Assembly (NCBI GenBank): GCA_035647815.1 | Contig: DASRMR010000020.1 | Span: forward strand, 12,870 to 76,869 | Source of the DNA: Syntrophomonadaceae bacterium | Lineage (GTDB): Bacteria; Bacillota; Syntrophomonadia; Syntrophomonadales; Syntrophomonadaceae | Length of the DNA stretch: 64,000 nucleotides | Direction: 5' to 3' | Shown: piece after piece, positions 29,901-39,265 of the stretch | Layout of the letters: every line of letters starts with the position of its first letter | Position numbering within the stretch: position 1 is the first letter of the stretch | Translations under genes and position numbers: made by a program | Notes under the pieces: generated by a model | What the model was told of the DNA's origin: nothing | Seen by the model: only the letters and a program-made list of their open reading frames with translations | The model's database searches: none

Positions 29901-30543
29901 AAACAAGCTGCAGCAAGAAATATCTGATATTGGGTTAGTAGATCCAGAATCTATAAAAGAATATGAAGAAATATCTGAACGAACAACTTTCTTAACTGCC
30001 CAATTTGATGATTTAACTAAAGGTAAGGAATCACTAGAAAAATTATTAGGAGAGACTGAAAATATAATGGCTCAAGAATTTATGCAGTTTTTCACTTTAG
30101 CAAACGAAAGTTTTAGTCAGACTTTTCGGGACATTTTTAGTGGTGGAGAAGCATTTTTAAGTTTAGATAGTGGTGAAGATCACTTGGAAAGAGGAGTTAA
30201 TATAGAGGTTAAAATGCCTGGCAAGAAGACCCAACAATTAAGTCTATTATCAGGTGGGGAGCGGGCCTTAACTTGTATAGCTTTTATATTTGCTATATTA
30301 AAACTTAAACCGGCTCCATTCTGTTTACTCGATGAAATAGATGCGGCCTTGGATGAAACTAACCTAGTAAGGTTTTCCGCTTTCCTAAAGAAGATGGCTG
30401 ATGATATGCAATTTATTATCATAACTCATCGTCAAACAACTATAGAATGTGGACAAAATATATTCGGTGTAACCATGCCTCAAGAAGGTATTTCAACAAT
30501 ATTAACGCTTGATTTGTCTGAAGCAGAAAGTATAGCAGGTTAG
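26971..30543 (+). CDS. smc: Chromosome partition protein Smc
   Basis: 1190 aa with LKGFKSF...GPNGCGKSN Walker A, long coiled coils, a hinge, the LSGGE signature and Walker B CLLDEIDAALD. Confidence 0.97.
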   Translation: MYLKKLELKGFKSFADNTEIYLNQGINVIVGPNGCGKSNLVDAIRWVLGEGNVRQLRGQKGEDVIFNGTDKTRALSMASVEMTIDNTDNVLPVDYSEVSIARKIFRSGGSEFILNKSQVRMKDIGNLFMGTGLGKQGYSIISQGELEQVLNGQPIDRRLILEEASGVIIHRKQRDEVKKRLLETGDDLLRLADILTELNRQQDDLHIKAVKAEKYMTLSEESYAIEKKLLHFEMSKLLKEYTGKTRELDIRKDELITIKRAEEENQFLVQESEGFLELTRRAISELKEKIYTLNMNKNNLEGDIRISEERIINNEDRMADSQHDAEKYRDMLANISKEVEARQNDYDTESLAYQSKKDETTNYANDLNSLKDIIEDLNKKFEAEKENIFTHVENEAQIKNIIFEKEEVLKRFREKREQLNLKKENLAQSINNNRISSTEHSNEIIILEKQIKEVRKELDELSIEQNNYTTRLKEIEKTRNQLENEIRIVNNRLANIRDNEEKLVGYSSAVKKVFSSLDKLPGVMGIVGEVIRVPDGLELAIETAAGRGLENIIVDKHTSAQNVIEYLKSVQGGRATLLPIDMLKVQKFPESILDKIKNEAGVLGIASRLVNFEPKYERAIEHLLGRVLIVKDMDTGIRLFRKNRLPFRIVTLEGDIINTSGAMTGGSRKTHNTYSPLQRKSEEKKLTKLMNQANKELQECQNKVEKLRTQLANLGNELSKLKDSINEKEFRLELLNGQRRWLQTELNNAVTEQEVVLLNIENLSRDIIELDREIISLQANFAKMQENSEIISNELEVLRNEIEIKRRDYEVGQERLSSYNDYLTAKEKELASIKDSVDQFKQVKNSYYKSMQDAIEVKTRLTEELKTEQERIVSYKGVINEQNLKLENISLDINNKEMVEKQQTNRIKELKLVLTPLRDKINHLEKFIHSNEVSIARLETEIATQKQKWQDVFQCELPVDNEIDYTTSQLKALRINLNKLQQEISDIGLVDPESIKEYEEISERTTFLTAQFDDLTKGKESLEKLLGETENIMAQEFMQFFTLANESFSQTFRDIFSGGEAFLSLDSGEDHLERGVNIEVKMPGKKTQQLSLLSGGERALTCIAFIFAILKLKPAPFCLLDEIDAALDETNLVRFSAFLKKMADDMQFIIITHRQTTIECGQNIFGVTMPQEGISTILTLDLSEAESIAG

Positions 30544-30565
30544 TTTATAGGAGGGTGATATAGTA

Positions 30566-31648
30566 ATGTCAATATTTGATAGATTTAAAGGCAAGAAAAA
30601 AGAAAAAGAGCTTAGCAAAGATGAACCTATTATAGAAGAGAGTAAGGAAATCGAGGAAGTAGAGGAAATTGTAGAAGTTGTAGAAGTTAGTAATGAAGAA
30701 AATGAATTATTAGAGGCAGAAAAGGATTCCAAGAAAGGTTTTTTTGAAAAGTTTAAAAAAGGCCTTAGTAAAACGAAAGCTAATATTAGTGATAAAATCG
30801 TAACTTTAGTTAAGAGTAATAAAAAGCTAGATGATGAGTTCTGGGAAGAGCTAGAAGAAATTCTAATCCAAGCAGATGTTGGCGTAGATACTTCACTAGA
30901 ATTAGTAGGAAATCTCAAGAAAACAGCTAAAAAGCGTAAGATAGATGATTCGCAATTAGTGATGGGCTTAATTAAAGACGAAGTTACAGATCTTCTAGTG
31001 AACTATGATACTAATATCAATACTGACTCTAAACCGACGGTTATTCTTGTAGTAGGTGTAAATGGGGCTGGTAAAACTACTTCGATTGCTAAAATGGCTT
31101 ATAGATATAAAAAAGAGAACAAAAAGGTAATGCTCGCAGCGGGTGATACTTTTAGAGCTGCTGCTATAGACCAACTACAGATTTGGGCTGACCGAGTAGG
31201 GGTAGAGTTAATTAAACATCAGGAAGGTGCTGATCCTGGGGCAGTTGTTTTTGATGCTCTTAGTGCCGCTAAGGCTCGTAATACAGATATCTTGATTATT
31301 GATACTGCTGGTAGGCTACAAAACAAGACTAATTTGATGAAGGAGATAGGAAAAGTAAAGAATATTATCGAACGTGAAATACCTGATGGACCACATGAAG
31401 TTTTGTTAGTCGTAGATGCAACAACGGGACAAAATGCAATAAGCCAGGCTAAGATATTTGGAGAAGCCACATCAGTTTCAGGAATTATTTTAACTAAATT
31501 AGATGGTACTGCTAAAGGTGGAATAATCTTAGCTATAGCTAAGGAATTAGAAATACCTGTAAAATTAGTAGGAATTGGTGAAGCTATGGAAGATTTACGA
31601 GATTTCTCGGCAGAAGATTTCACCGAAGCTTTATTTGGATTAGAATAA
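30566..31648 (+). CDS. ftsY: Signal recognition particle receptor FtsY
   Basis: Acidic N-terminus and an NG domain with GVNGAGKTTSIAK, DTAGR and TKLDGTAKGG. Confidence 0.96.
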   Translation: MSIFDRFKGKKKEKELSKDEPIIEESKEIEEVEEIVEVVEVSNEENELLEAEKDSKKGFFEKFKKGLSKTKANISDKIVTLVKSNKKLDDEFWEELEEILIQADVGVDTSLELVGNLKKTAKKRKIDDSQLVMGLIKDEVTDLLVNYDTNINTDSKPTVILVVGVNGAGKTTSIAKMAYRYKKENKKVMLAAGDTFRAAAIDQLQIWADRVGVELIKHQEGADPGAVVFDALSAAKARNTDILIIDTAGRLQNKTNLMKEIGKVKNIIEREIPDGPHEVLLVVDATTGQNAISQAKIFGEATSVSGIILTKLDGTAKGGIILAIAKELEIPVKLVGIGEAMEDLRDFSAEDFTEALFGLE

Positions 31649-31674
31649 TCAAAATATTTAAGGGGGATTTATTA

Positions 31675-32469
31675 ATGGTTAAAATAGCAATTATAGGTGG
31701 TACGGGAGTATATGATCCCGACCTTTTAGATGATATAAGGGAAGTTGTTCAGGAAACTAAATATGGTTCTGTAAATGTTACTATAGGCAATTTTGAAGGG
31801 CAAGAAGTTGTTTTTATTCCTAGGCACGGTTCGAATCATAGTGTGCCACCACACTTAATAAATTATAGAGCTAATATTATGGCTTTGAAGGAGTTAGGAG
31901 TAGAAAATATTATTGCTACAGCAGCGGTAGGTTCAATTAATTTAGATTTAAAACCGGGTGATTTTGTATTAGCAGATCAATTTTTAGATTTTACTAAGGT
32001 AAGAAATCACACCTTTTTTGCAGGTGGAGATGCAGGGGTTACCCATTGTGATATGACTATTCCTTATTGTCCTCGGGTTAGGAAAGCTATAGAAGAGGCA
32101 GGAAAAGTGGAAAGCAAAAAAATACATAATGGAGGGGTCTATGTATGTACTGAAGGACCTCGTTTCGAGACGGCTGCTGAAATAGACATGTTTAAGATTT
32201 TAGGTGGAGATCTGATCGGTATGACTAGTGTTCCTGAAGTTACTTTAGCCAGGGAATTAGGCATCTGTTATGGTAATATTTCTATTGTAACTAATTTTGC
32301 AGCCGGCATTTCTTCGACTATATTGACTCATAGTGAGGTAGTTGAAAAGATGCAAACTACTATTGCTGATGTGCGCGTTCTGATAATGAATGCTATAAAA
32401 CACTTAGATAATGAAACTAGTTGTGATTGTGCGAAGATTTTAGACGAAACAGAGATGAAAAATGATTAG
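31675..32469 (+). CDS. mtnP: S-methyl-5'-thioadenosine phosphorylase
   Basis: KIAIIGGTG..., RHG..H..PP..INYRANI and MTxxPE motifs of the PNP/MTAP family. Confidence 0.85.
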   Translation: MVKIAIIGGTGVYDPDLLDDIREVVQETKYGSVNVTIGNFEGQEVVFIPRHGSNHSVPPHLINYRANIMALKELGVENIIATAAVGSINLDLKPGDFVLADQFLDFTKVRNHTFFAGGDAGVTHCDMTIPYCPRVRKAIEEAGKVESKKIHNGGVYVCTEGPRFETAAEIDMFKILGGDLIGMTSVPEVTLARELGICYGNISIVTNFAAGISSTILTHSEVVEKMQTTIADVRVLIMNAIKHLDNETSCDCAKILDETEMKND

Positions 32470-33496
32470 AAATATATATTTTGCAGATGATAGTCTATTT
32501 ATATTAGATCAAAGCAGATTACCTGAAGGAATATTCTATGTGCAGTTAGATGAAGCTCAGCAGGTTGCAGATGCGATTATAAAACTGCAAGTTAGAGGGG
32601 CTCCTTTGATAGGAGTTACAGCTGCATTTGGCTTAGCATTAGCTATCAGTAAATACGAGGGATCAAAAGAAGATTTAGCCGATTATTTTAAAGAAGTTAA
32701 AGGATTATTAGCTAATACTAGACCTACAGCTGTTAACCTTTTTTGGGCATTACAAAGGATGCAAAGAGTTTTTGATGAAAATTATAAGCGAGATTTTACT
32801 ACTATAGCTAAAGTTTTAAAAACTGAAGCAGAAATTATGTTTGCAGAAGATGTAGCAACTAATAAAGCTATGGGTGAATATGGACAAGCAATCGTTTCTA
32901 AACCAGCACAAATAATGACTATTTGTAATGCTGGTCATTTGGCTACTTGTGGTTATGGTACTGCTTTAGGGGTAATTCGTGCTGCTGCCGAGAGAAACAA
33001 TATTAAAAAGGTATGGGCATGTGAAACCAGGCCAGTATTGCAAGGTTCACGGTTAACCGTATGGGAGCTAATTCAAGACAATATTCCCGTAACATTGATA
33101 ACTGATAGTATGGCTGGTTATGTAATGGCTAAAGGTGACGTTGATGCTATAGTTGTCGGTGCTGATCGGATTGCTAGCAATGGTGATACAGCTAACAAAA
33201 TTGGGACTTATTCTTTAGCAGTACTAGCTGATTACCATCAGATTCCGTTTTATATTGCCGCACCTATTTCTACTATTGATTTTGATATAGCAACAGGAGC
33301 AGAGATTCCGATTGAACAAAGAAATGCTGATGAAGTTCGGCAAGTTATGGGTTCTATGCTGACAGTTCCAGATGTAGAAGTATTTAATCCCGCATTTGAT
33401 GTCACCCCTCACCAATTGATCAAAGGGATTATTACTGAAAAGGGCATAGTTAAGCCTCCATTTGATCTAAAAGAATTAAAGCTAAAGGATAGGTAA
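32462..33496 (+). CDS. mtnA: Methylthioribose-1-phosphate isomerase
   Basis: eIF-2B alpha/beta/delta-like fold with VRGAP.IGVTAA, TRPTAVNL, CNAG.LAT, ETRP.LQG and GADRIA.NGD.ANKIGTY. Confidence 0.9.
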   Translation: MIRNIYFADDSLFILDQSRLPEGIFYVQLDEAQQVADAIIKLQVRGAPLIGVTAAFGLALAISKYEGSKEDLADYFKEVKGLLANTRPTAVNLFWALQRMQRVFDENYKRDFTTIAKVLKTEAEIMFAEDVATNKAMGEYGQAIVSKPAQIMTICNAGHLATCGYGTALGVIRAAAERNNIKKVWACETRPVLQGSRLTVWELIQDNIPVTLITDSMAGYVMAKGDVDAIVVGADRIASNGDTANKIGTYSLAVLADYHQIPFYIAAPISTIDFDIATGAEIPIEQRNADEVRQVMGSMLTVPDVEVFNPAFDVTPHQLIKGIITEKGIVKPPFDLKELKLKDR

Positions 33497-33500
33497 TGAT

Positions 33501-34148
33501 ATGAATTATTATGAATACAAAAGGAAAGTTTATGAAACAGCCATAGAAATATATTCTAGTAATCTCGTTACAGGTACCTGGGGTAATGTAAGTCACCGTA
33601 TCAATAGTGATTTATTTATAATTACTCCTAGTGGTATGGATTACAATAGTTTAGAATCAGAGGATATGTTAGTAGTAGATAAAGATGGTCAAGTAATAGA
33701 GGGAAAATATAAACCTTCGATTGAAACTCCGATGCATATTAGCATTTATCAAGCTAGGCCTGATGTTAATGCTATCGTTCATGTACATAGTCCATATGCT
33801 ACAGCTTTTGCAGTAGCTAATAAAGCTATTCCAGTAATACTAGAAGAAACTGCTCAAGTAATAGGACATCCCGTAGAAGTAGCAGCTTATGCCATATGTG
33901 GTAGTGAAGAACTAGCTGATGAAGTTACACAATGTGTGTCTAATAAAGAAAAAGCTGTGCTTTTAGCTAACCACGGTTTAGTTGCTTTAGAAGAGAATAT
34001 GGAGGCTGCACTTAAGGTGTGTTTTATAGCAGAAAAAACTGCGATGATAGCTATGTATGCTAGCCAAATTGGGCAAATAAATGTTTTATCTAAAGAAGAT
34101 ATTTTAATTTTAAATGAAGATTTTAAATCTTATGGTCAAAGTAAATAA
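33501..34148 (+). CDS. Class II aldolase/adducin-family protein (likely 5-methylthioribulose-1-P / 5-deoxyribulose-1-P aldolase of the DHAP shunt)
   Basis: GNVS...PSG...E..MH...HVHSPYAT...LLANHG motifs of the FucA/AraD class II aldolase fold. Its position after mtnP-mtnA matches the known DHAP-shunt gene order. Confidence 0.7.
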   Translation: MNYYEYKRKVYETAIEIYSSNLVTGTWGNVSHRINSDLFIITPSGMDYNSLESEDMLVVDKDGQVIEGKYKPSIETPMHISIYQARPDVNAIVHVHSPYATAFAVANKAIPVILEETAQVIGHPVEVAAYAICGSEELADEVTQCVSNKEKAVLLANHGLVALEENMEAALKVCFIAEKTAMIAMYASQIGQINVLSKEDILILNEDFKSYGQSK

Positions 34149-34174
34149 AACATAAAAGATCTAGGAGGGTAATT

Positions 34175-35470
34175 GTGAATTTATTAATAGAAAATATTAG
34201 TGTAATACCTGTTGCTGATGAACCGATCACGATTGAAAAAGGCTATGTAGTTATCGAAGACAATATAATCAAAGCAGTTGGTGAAGGTATAGCACCAAGA
34301 GGTGATTACGATAAAATCATAGATGGAACTGACCGGGTAGTTTTGCCTGGTTTCATTAATACTCATACCCATGCTGCGATGACTTTATTAAGAGGTTATG
34401 CTGATGATTTACCACTAATGGAGTGGTTAGAACAAAAGATATGGCCTTTAGAAGCCAAGCTTACACCTGAAGATATATATTGGGGTACGATGTTAGCTAT
34501 TGTGGAGATGATAAAATCGGGTACTACTTCTTTTACGGATATGTATTTTTTCATGGATGAAGTCGCCCAAGCTGTTGAATCTAGTGGAATACGGGGTTTC
34601 TTAGCTAGGGGTATGGTAGGTGTTGGGCCTGAAAGAGATCAGGCGATTACTGATAGTATTGCACTACATAAGAAATGGCAAGGTGGGGCTAATGGTAGGA
34701 TTACTTTTATGCTAGGACCTCATGCACCCTATACTTGTCCACCTGAATATTTAACTAAAGTAATCGATTTAGCTAAAGACCTTGATTCTTATATTCACAT
34801 TCATGTTAGTGAAACTTTAACCGAGTTTAATGATACAAAAAATGACTATGGTAAAACCCCAGTTAAACATTTGCAAGATTTAGGTTTATTTGAGCAAAAA
34901 GTTATTGCCGCTCATTGTGTTCATCTGACTGATGAAGATATGAAGATTTTATATGATAATAGGGTAGGCGTAGCCCATAATCCAGAAAGTAATATGAAAC
35001 TGGCGAGTGGAATAGCACCAGTTGTAGAACTACTTAATATGGGGATTCCGGTTAGTTTAGGTACAGATGGAGCCTCTAGTAATAATAACCTAGACATGTT
35101 GCAGGAAATGCGTTCATCCTCATTACTACAAAAAGTTAATAATATGGATCCTACTGTACTACCAGCTTATCAAGCCTTAGAAATGGCTACTCGTAACGGT
35201 GCTTGGGGTTTAGGGGTGGAAGAAGAATTAGGCCAAATTAAAGCAGGTATGAAAGCGGATATGATTTTAATAAGTTTAGAAGAGGCTAATATGATTCCTA
35301 ATTATGATTTAATGGCTAATATAGTTTATGCAGCTCAAGCTAGTGATGTAGATACAGTTATAATAGATGGCCAGATAATTATGGAGAACCGAATTATCAA
35401 AACTCTTAATGAACAAGAAGTATTAAGTAGAGCACGGCAGATAGGGCAAAGATTAGTAGGGGGATTATAA
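34175..35470 (+). CDS. mtaD: 5-methylthioadenosine/S-adenosylhomocysteine deaminase (amidohydrolase family)
   Basis: PGFINTHTHAAMTLLRG metal-binding HxH, HVSET, AHCVH and GTDGASSNN motifs. Confidence 0.85.
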   Translation: MNLLIENISVIPVADEPITIEKGYVVIEDNIIKAVGEGIAPRGDYDKIIDGTDRVVLPGFINTHTHAAMTLLRGYADDLPLMEWLEQKIWPLEAKLTPEDIYWGTMLAIVEMIKSGTTSFTDMYFFMDEVAQAVESSGIRGFLARGMVGVGPERDQAITDSIALHKKWQGGANGRITFMLGPHAPYTCPPEYLTKVIDLAKDLDSYIHIHVSETLTEFNDTKNDYGKTPVKHLQDLGLFEQKVIAAHCVHLTDEDMKILYDNRVGVAHNPESNMKLASGIAPVVELLNMGIPVSLGTDGASSNNNLDMLQEMRSSSLLQKVNNMDPTVLPAYQALEMATRNGAWGLGVEEELGQIKAGMKADMILISLEEANMIPNYDLMANIVYAAQASDVDTVIIDGQIIMENRIIKTLNEQEVLSRARQIGQRLVGGL

Positions 35471-35964
35471 TGGTACCGATTATAGCATTTGCAGGTAGAC
35501 ATGACGCAGGAAAAACTACTTTATTAACTAAAATAATAGCAGAATTAAATAAGCAAGGAATAGGTGTAGGGGTAATAAAAAATGCCCATCACAAACTTGA
35601 AATTCCAAATGCGAAAGATAGTGAGAGATTATTTAATGCCGGTGCACTAATGGCTCATACTTTTGGTGAAGATATGCAAATTACTTATACTAGATTAAAA
35701 AACAAATCTTTAAATGATGTGATAAAGGAAATGCAAGCAAATGTAGATATAATAATCTTAGAAGGTCATAAAGAATCGGAATACCCGAAGGTTGAAGTAA
35801 TGAGGCGTGAAATAGATGAGAAGCTATTACCTATTACTAATGTTATAGCTCGTGTATTAGATTTTGACCTTGAGGTTGAACCTAAGATTGAGCTTTTCGG
35901 TTTTGAGGAAATCGACAAAATCACGAATTTTATAATTAAGTTCATAGAGGATTACGAAAAGTAG
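35470..35964 (+). CDS. mobB: Molybdopterin-guanine dinucleotide biosynthesis adaptor protein MobB
   Basis: 164 aa with P-loop GRHDAGKTTL and the EG(H/F)K motif ILEGHKES. Confidence 0.8.
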   Translation: MVPIIAFAGRHDAGKTTLLTKIIAELNKQGIGVGVIKNAHHKLEIPNAKDSERLFNAGALMAHTFGEDMQITYTRLKNKSLNDVIKEMQANVDIIILEGHKESEYPKVEVMRREIDEKLLPITNVIARVLDFDLEVEPKIELFGFEEIDKITNFIIKFIEDYEK

Positions 35965-35992
35965 TTTTATGATTTCCCCTCATAATGTTTTA

Positions 35993-36026
35993 GACATAAC
36001 TACTATCCTGGTTATGTCATTTCTTT
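35993..36026 (+). terminator. Terminator after mobB
   Basis: GACATAAC-N10-GTTATGTC followed by ATTTCTTT. Confidence 0.5.
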
Positions 36027-36118
36027 ATGTTTGCAGATAAATACTAAATACTAGAAGCATTTTAATATTAAGAAGAATTGTAGTAAAATAGATTTTTAAA
36101 ATAAGAAGGTGTAAAGTG

Positions 36119-37303
36119 ATGCAGCCAAGCTTAGAAACAGTAATAGATATCTTATTAGCTATGGTAAATGCAGAAGATCTGGACTGGATAGATATAGAAA
36201 AATCAGCAAACCATATTTGTTCCCGAACTATAAGAGCACCTATAAATGTGCCCCCATTTAAAAGATCAAAAGTGGATGGTTATGCTATAAGTGCAGAAGA
36301 TTTAGATAAGAATGTGCCATTAACTTTGCCAAAAACTAAAATTATACCAGCAGGTGAAACTAAAAATTATGCCATCAAAGCTGGAACTACTATAAAATTA
36401 ATGACTGGTGCACTAGTTCCTTCTGGTACTGGAGCCATAATTAAACAAGAAGAAGTCGAAGAACACATTGATGAAATAAAAACAAAAACTATACCAGATT
36501 ATAATGCTAACATTGAATTTATCGGCAGTTCTATCAAAAAAGAACAAATCATACTTAATAAAGGTGAAAAATACAACCCTCTGCTTATTGAACGAATAGC
36601 TAATACAGGTATTAATGAATTGCCGATATATAGTAAACCTATAGTTTCTATAATGAATACTGGTAGTGAATTACAATTACCAGGTAGTTCAATAGCTTAT
36701 GGGGAAATATTTAATAGTAATCGTAGTATGTTTTTAAATTTGCTAGAATTAGCAGCTTGTGAAGGAAGAGCTAATAATCGAAAAATACCGGATGAAATAG
36801 GCATAATATGTACCGAAATAAAAACTATGCTTCAAAAAAGCGATCTACTTATTATAACCGGGGGGAACTCGGAAGGTGACTTTGACCTTATCGATTTAGC
36901 ATTAGATAAAATAGGAGCTGAAAAGATAGTAACAGGTATTGAGATGAGACCAGGACATAAGACGCTAGTAGCTAGTTATAATAATAAATTAATCTTTAAT
37001 GTTTCGGGTAATCCACGTGCAGGTTATATATTATTTAATGTTTTAATTAAACCTATTTTAAACAAAATGAAAGGGGCAAGTAACCCCTTAAACAATTGGT
37101 TTGATATTGAATTATTGAATGACATTGATAAAAGTGTTAGTATAAGAACTTTTTCTCCAGGATATTTAATACAGGAAAACGAAAAGCTAGGTGCTATAGT
37201 TCAGCGAAAAAGTGGAGCTAATTATGGGTTAGCCGGGATGATACTCGATATAGCACCTAACAAGGGAAACAAAGGTGACTTAGTTAAAGCTTTATTGGTG
37301 TAA
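36119..37303 (+). CDS. moeA: Molybdopterin molybdenumtransferase MoeA-like protein
   Basis: KVDGYAI, GTGAIIK and ITGGNSEGDFDL (MoCF-biosynthesis domain) motifs. The sequence is divergent. ATG 36119 is preferred over GTG 36116 on RBS spacing. Confidence 0.75.
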   Translation: MQPSLETVIDILLAMVNAEDLDWIDIEKSANHICSRTIRAPINVPPFKRSKVDGYAISAEDLDKNVPLTLPKTKIIPAGETKNYAIKAGTTIKLMTGALVPSGTGAIIKQEEVEEHIDEIKTKTIPDYNANIEFIGSSIKKEQIILNKGEKYNPLLIERIANTGINELPIYSKPIVSIMNTGSELQLPGSSIAYGEIFNSNRSMFLNLLELAACEGRANNRKIPDEIGIICTEIKTMLQKSDLLIITGGNSEGDFDLIDLALDKIGAEKIVTGIEMRPGHKTLVASYNNKLIFNVSGNPRAGYILFNVLIKPILNKMKGASNPLNNWFDIELLNDIDKSVSIRTFSPGYLIQENEKLGAIVQRKSGANYGLAGMILDIAPNKGNKGDLVKALLV

Positions 37304-37324
37304 AGAGATTATTTGACCTCATAA

Positions 37325-38425
37325 TTATATGCGTAGATTTTGAGCAATTTCTTCGAGTAATTCATGATAAAACACTTCCACAGCTTCAAAATCCATAGCT
37401 GGTACATAATAATCTTCTAATTTATCATGTAAATCTTTAGCTTTAGCAATAACAGTTATGGCTTCTTTTAAACCAAATTCGATACGATTTTGGGCTGAAT
37501 CTATGTTTTTGACATATAGGTCGAGAATTGACTCATCAATAAATTGGTCAAAATCTAGTTGGCGCTTATATCTAGTACTAGTAATTTCACCACTATAATC
37601 CAAAAATGTATCAGATAAATCTATTAAAACTGCTCTAGTTTCTGGAAGCAAAATTAAATCTATTTCATCTGGGTTAAAGGGATTATGAAAAATTTCTGCC
37701 TCAATTGCATTAGCTTCGACTATATATGCTACATAAGTTAGTAAATCTTTAACTCCGCTACCTGGACTGCCTTTAACTGTATATAAAGACATATCTTTAT
37801 CGATTATACTTCCTAGTTTAGTGACTATTCCTTCTGGTGTTATTGCTCCTGAAAACAGATGACGTACTTTGCCAGTTGCTTTTGTGCAAGCTTCTAAAAA
37901 ATCTTCACTTAGAGCGATAATATTACGTTTTACTGCTGATGAATCGCTTGCTTCCTCATAATAAGTTTTTAACTCACTGTAGGCACAATTAACTTCTTGT
38001 AACCGTAGATAAGCTCGTTGAAAACATTTTGAAACTCCGTTAGTTAGATTAATAATATTAGTTCGATTATCGGTGATTAAATCCTTATTCCAAAATTGTC
38101 CTAGATTAATAATCTCATCGACAGCCCCAGGAAATTTAGGTTCTACTATATGGGGGGTGGTACCATCAATTAAACAAATCTGCTTATTTCCTAATACAAT
38201 ACCATCTAAAGAATTATTATCTGAAGAACACCAGTAATACTCCACATCATATCCACGAGCTGCAAATTCTGTAGCGATTTTTTTCATCAAAAATGACTTT
38301 CCTACACCAGGACCACCTTTGAAAATATATTTTTTCAATACATTTTCAGATACAATAAAATCGTAGAAAGAATAAAAACCGTAACAGGTGTTCCCACCTA
38401 AAAAGAGATCTCTTGCTTTGCTCAT
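37325..38425 (-). CDS. Uncharacterised ATPase with two P-loop-like motifs
   Basis: GGPGVGKS near the N-terminus and a second KGSPGSGVK mid-protein. GGAGGT RBS precedes MSKARDLF. It looks like a conserved hypothetical of spore-forming Firmicutes. Confidence 0.65.
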   Translation of the reverse strand: MSKARDLFLGGNTCYGFYSFYDFIVSENVLKKYIFKGGPGVGKSFLMKKIATEFAARGYDVEYYWCSSDNNSLDGIVLGNKQICLIDGTTPHIVEPKFPGAVDEIINLGQFWNKDLITDNRTNIINLTNGVSKCFQRAYLRLQEVNCAYSELKTYYEEASDSSAVKRNIIALSEDFLEACTKATGKVRHLFSGAITPEGIVTKLGSIIDKDMSLYTVKGSPGSGVKDLLTYVAYIVEANAIEAEIFHNPFNPDEIDLILLPETRAVLIDLSDTFLDYSGEITSTRYKRQLDFDQFIDESILDLYVKNIDSAQNRIEFGLKEAITVIAKAKDLHDKLEDYYVPAMDFEAVEVFYHELLEEIAQNLRI

Positions 38426-38538
38426 TTTTTTACCTCCTATAATGCTTTTCACTATTAAGTATGTATATGTTTGAAAAAGTTAATTCTTCCAAGGTTTATT
38501 ATGGTAAATTATATAATAGACTTAAGGAGGAGATAAAT

Positions 38539-38958
38539 TTGTTCGAAACATTCAATGAAATATTAAAAGGTACTTATCAGGAGTTAAATGGCATTCGAAT
38601 TACCCATGTGGAAAAAGGTGAGGCAATTGGGGTTATCGATATTGAGTCACATCATTTAAATCCTAATGGTACTTTACATGGAGCAGTATTAGTAACTTTA
38701 GCAGATAGTGTAGCCATGACCGGAGTAGTGTATTCGTATGATATAGCACCAGCTGCTACTACTAGTTTATCTATCAGTTTTATTAAAACAGTAAAAACTG
38801 GTCAGGTAAGAGCAGAGGCGAAAATGTTGTCCCAAGGGCGAAATGTATCTGCTTGGCAAGTAGATTGTTATGATGAAAAAAATAACTTATTAGCTACAGT
38901 TCAGAGCAATTTTTCTATGTTAAAAAAAGGTAGTACTGAGTGGGAAGAAAAGATGTAG
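38539..38958 (+). CDS. PaaI-family hotdog-fold thioesterase
   Basis: NPNGTLHGAVLVTLADSVAM motif. A strong AAGGAGG RBS lies 8 nt before TTG 38539, giving a typical 139-aa size; the ORF-track start 38461 lacks an RBS. Confidence 0.75.
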   Translation: MFETFNEILKGTYQELNGIRITHVEKGEAIGVIDIESHHLNPNGTLHGAVLVTLADSVAMTGVVYSYDIAPAATTSLSISFIKTVKTGQVRAEAKMLSQGRNVSAWQVDCYDEKNNLLATVQSNFSMLKKGSTEWEEKM

Positions 38959-39012
38959 TTAGAGGGGGCAGGATTAAACATTTAATCTTTATAATACACC
39001 AGGAATCTAATA

Positions 39013-39057
39013 GGCAGATAAAATAACGGAGAGAGGTGTTTTATCTGCCTTTCGTTT
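39013..39057 (+). terminator. Terminator after the thioesterase gene
   Basis: GGCAGATAAAA-N15-TTTTATCTGCC followed by TTTCGTTT. Confidence 0.7.
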
Positions 39058-39265
39058 CCGCTTTAATAATATTTTTCATTTTAGAATTAAGTTATTTCGC
39101 GATTGTTGGTTTATTTTATTCTAGCGTTTATAATAGATGATGGATTAAGCAAGCTGGCCTTGTCATAGACATTTTGCAACCGCTTCAAACGCTTTTTCTA
39201 GTCAATTCTCAGGCGCTGTGCATATCTATTCGGGTCGGTCTAATTTTGAGAAAGGCGGAATTAAT

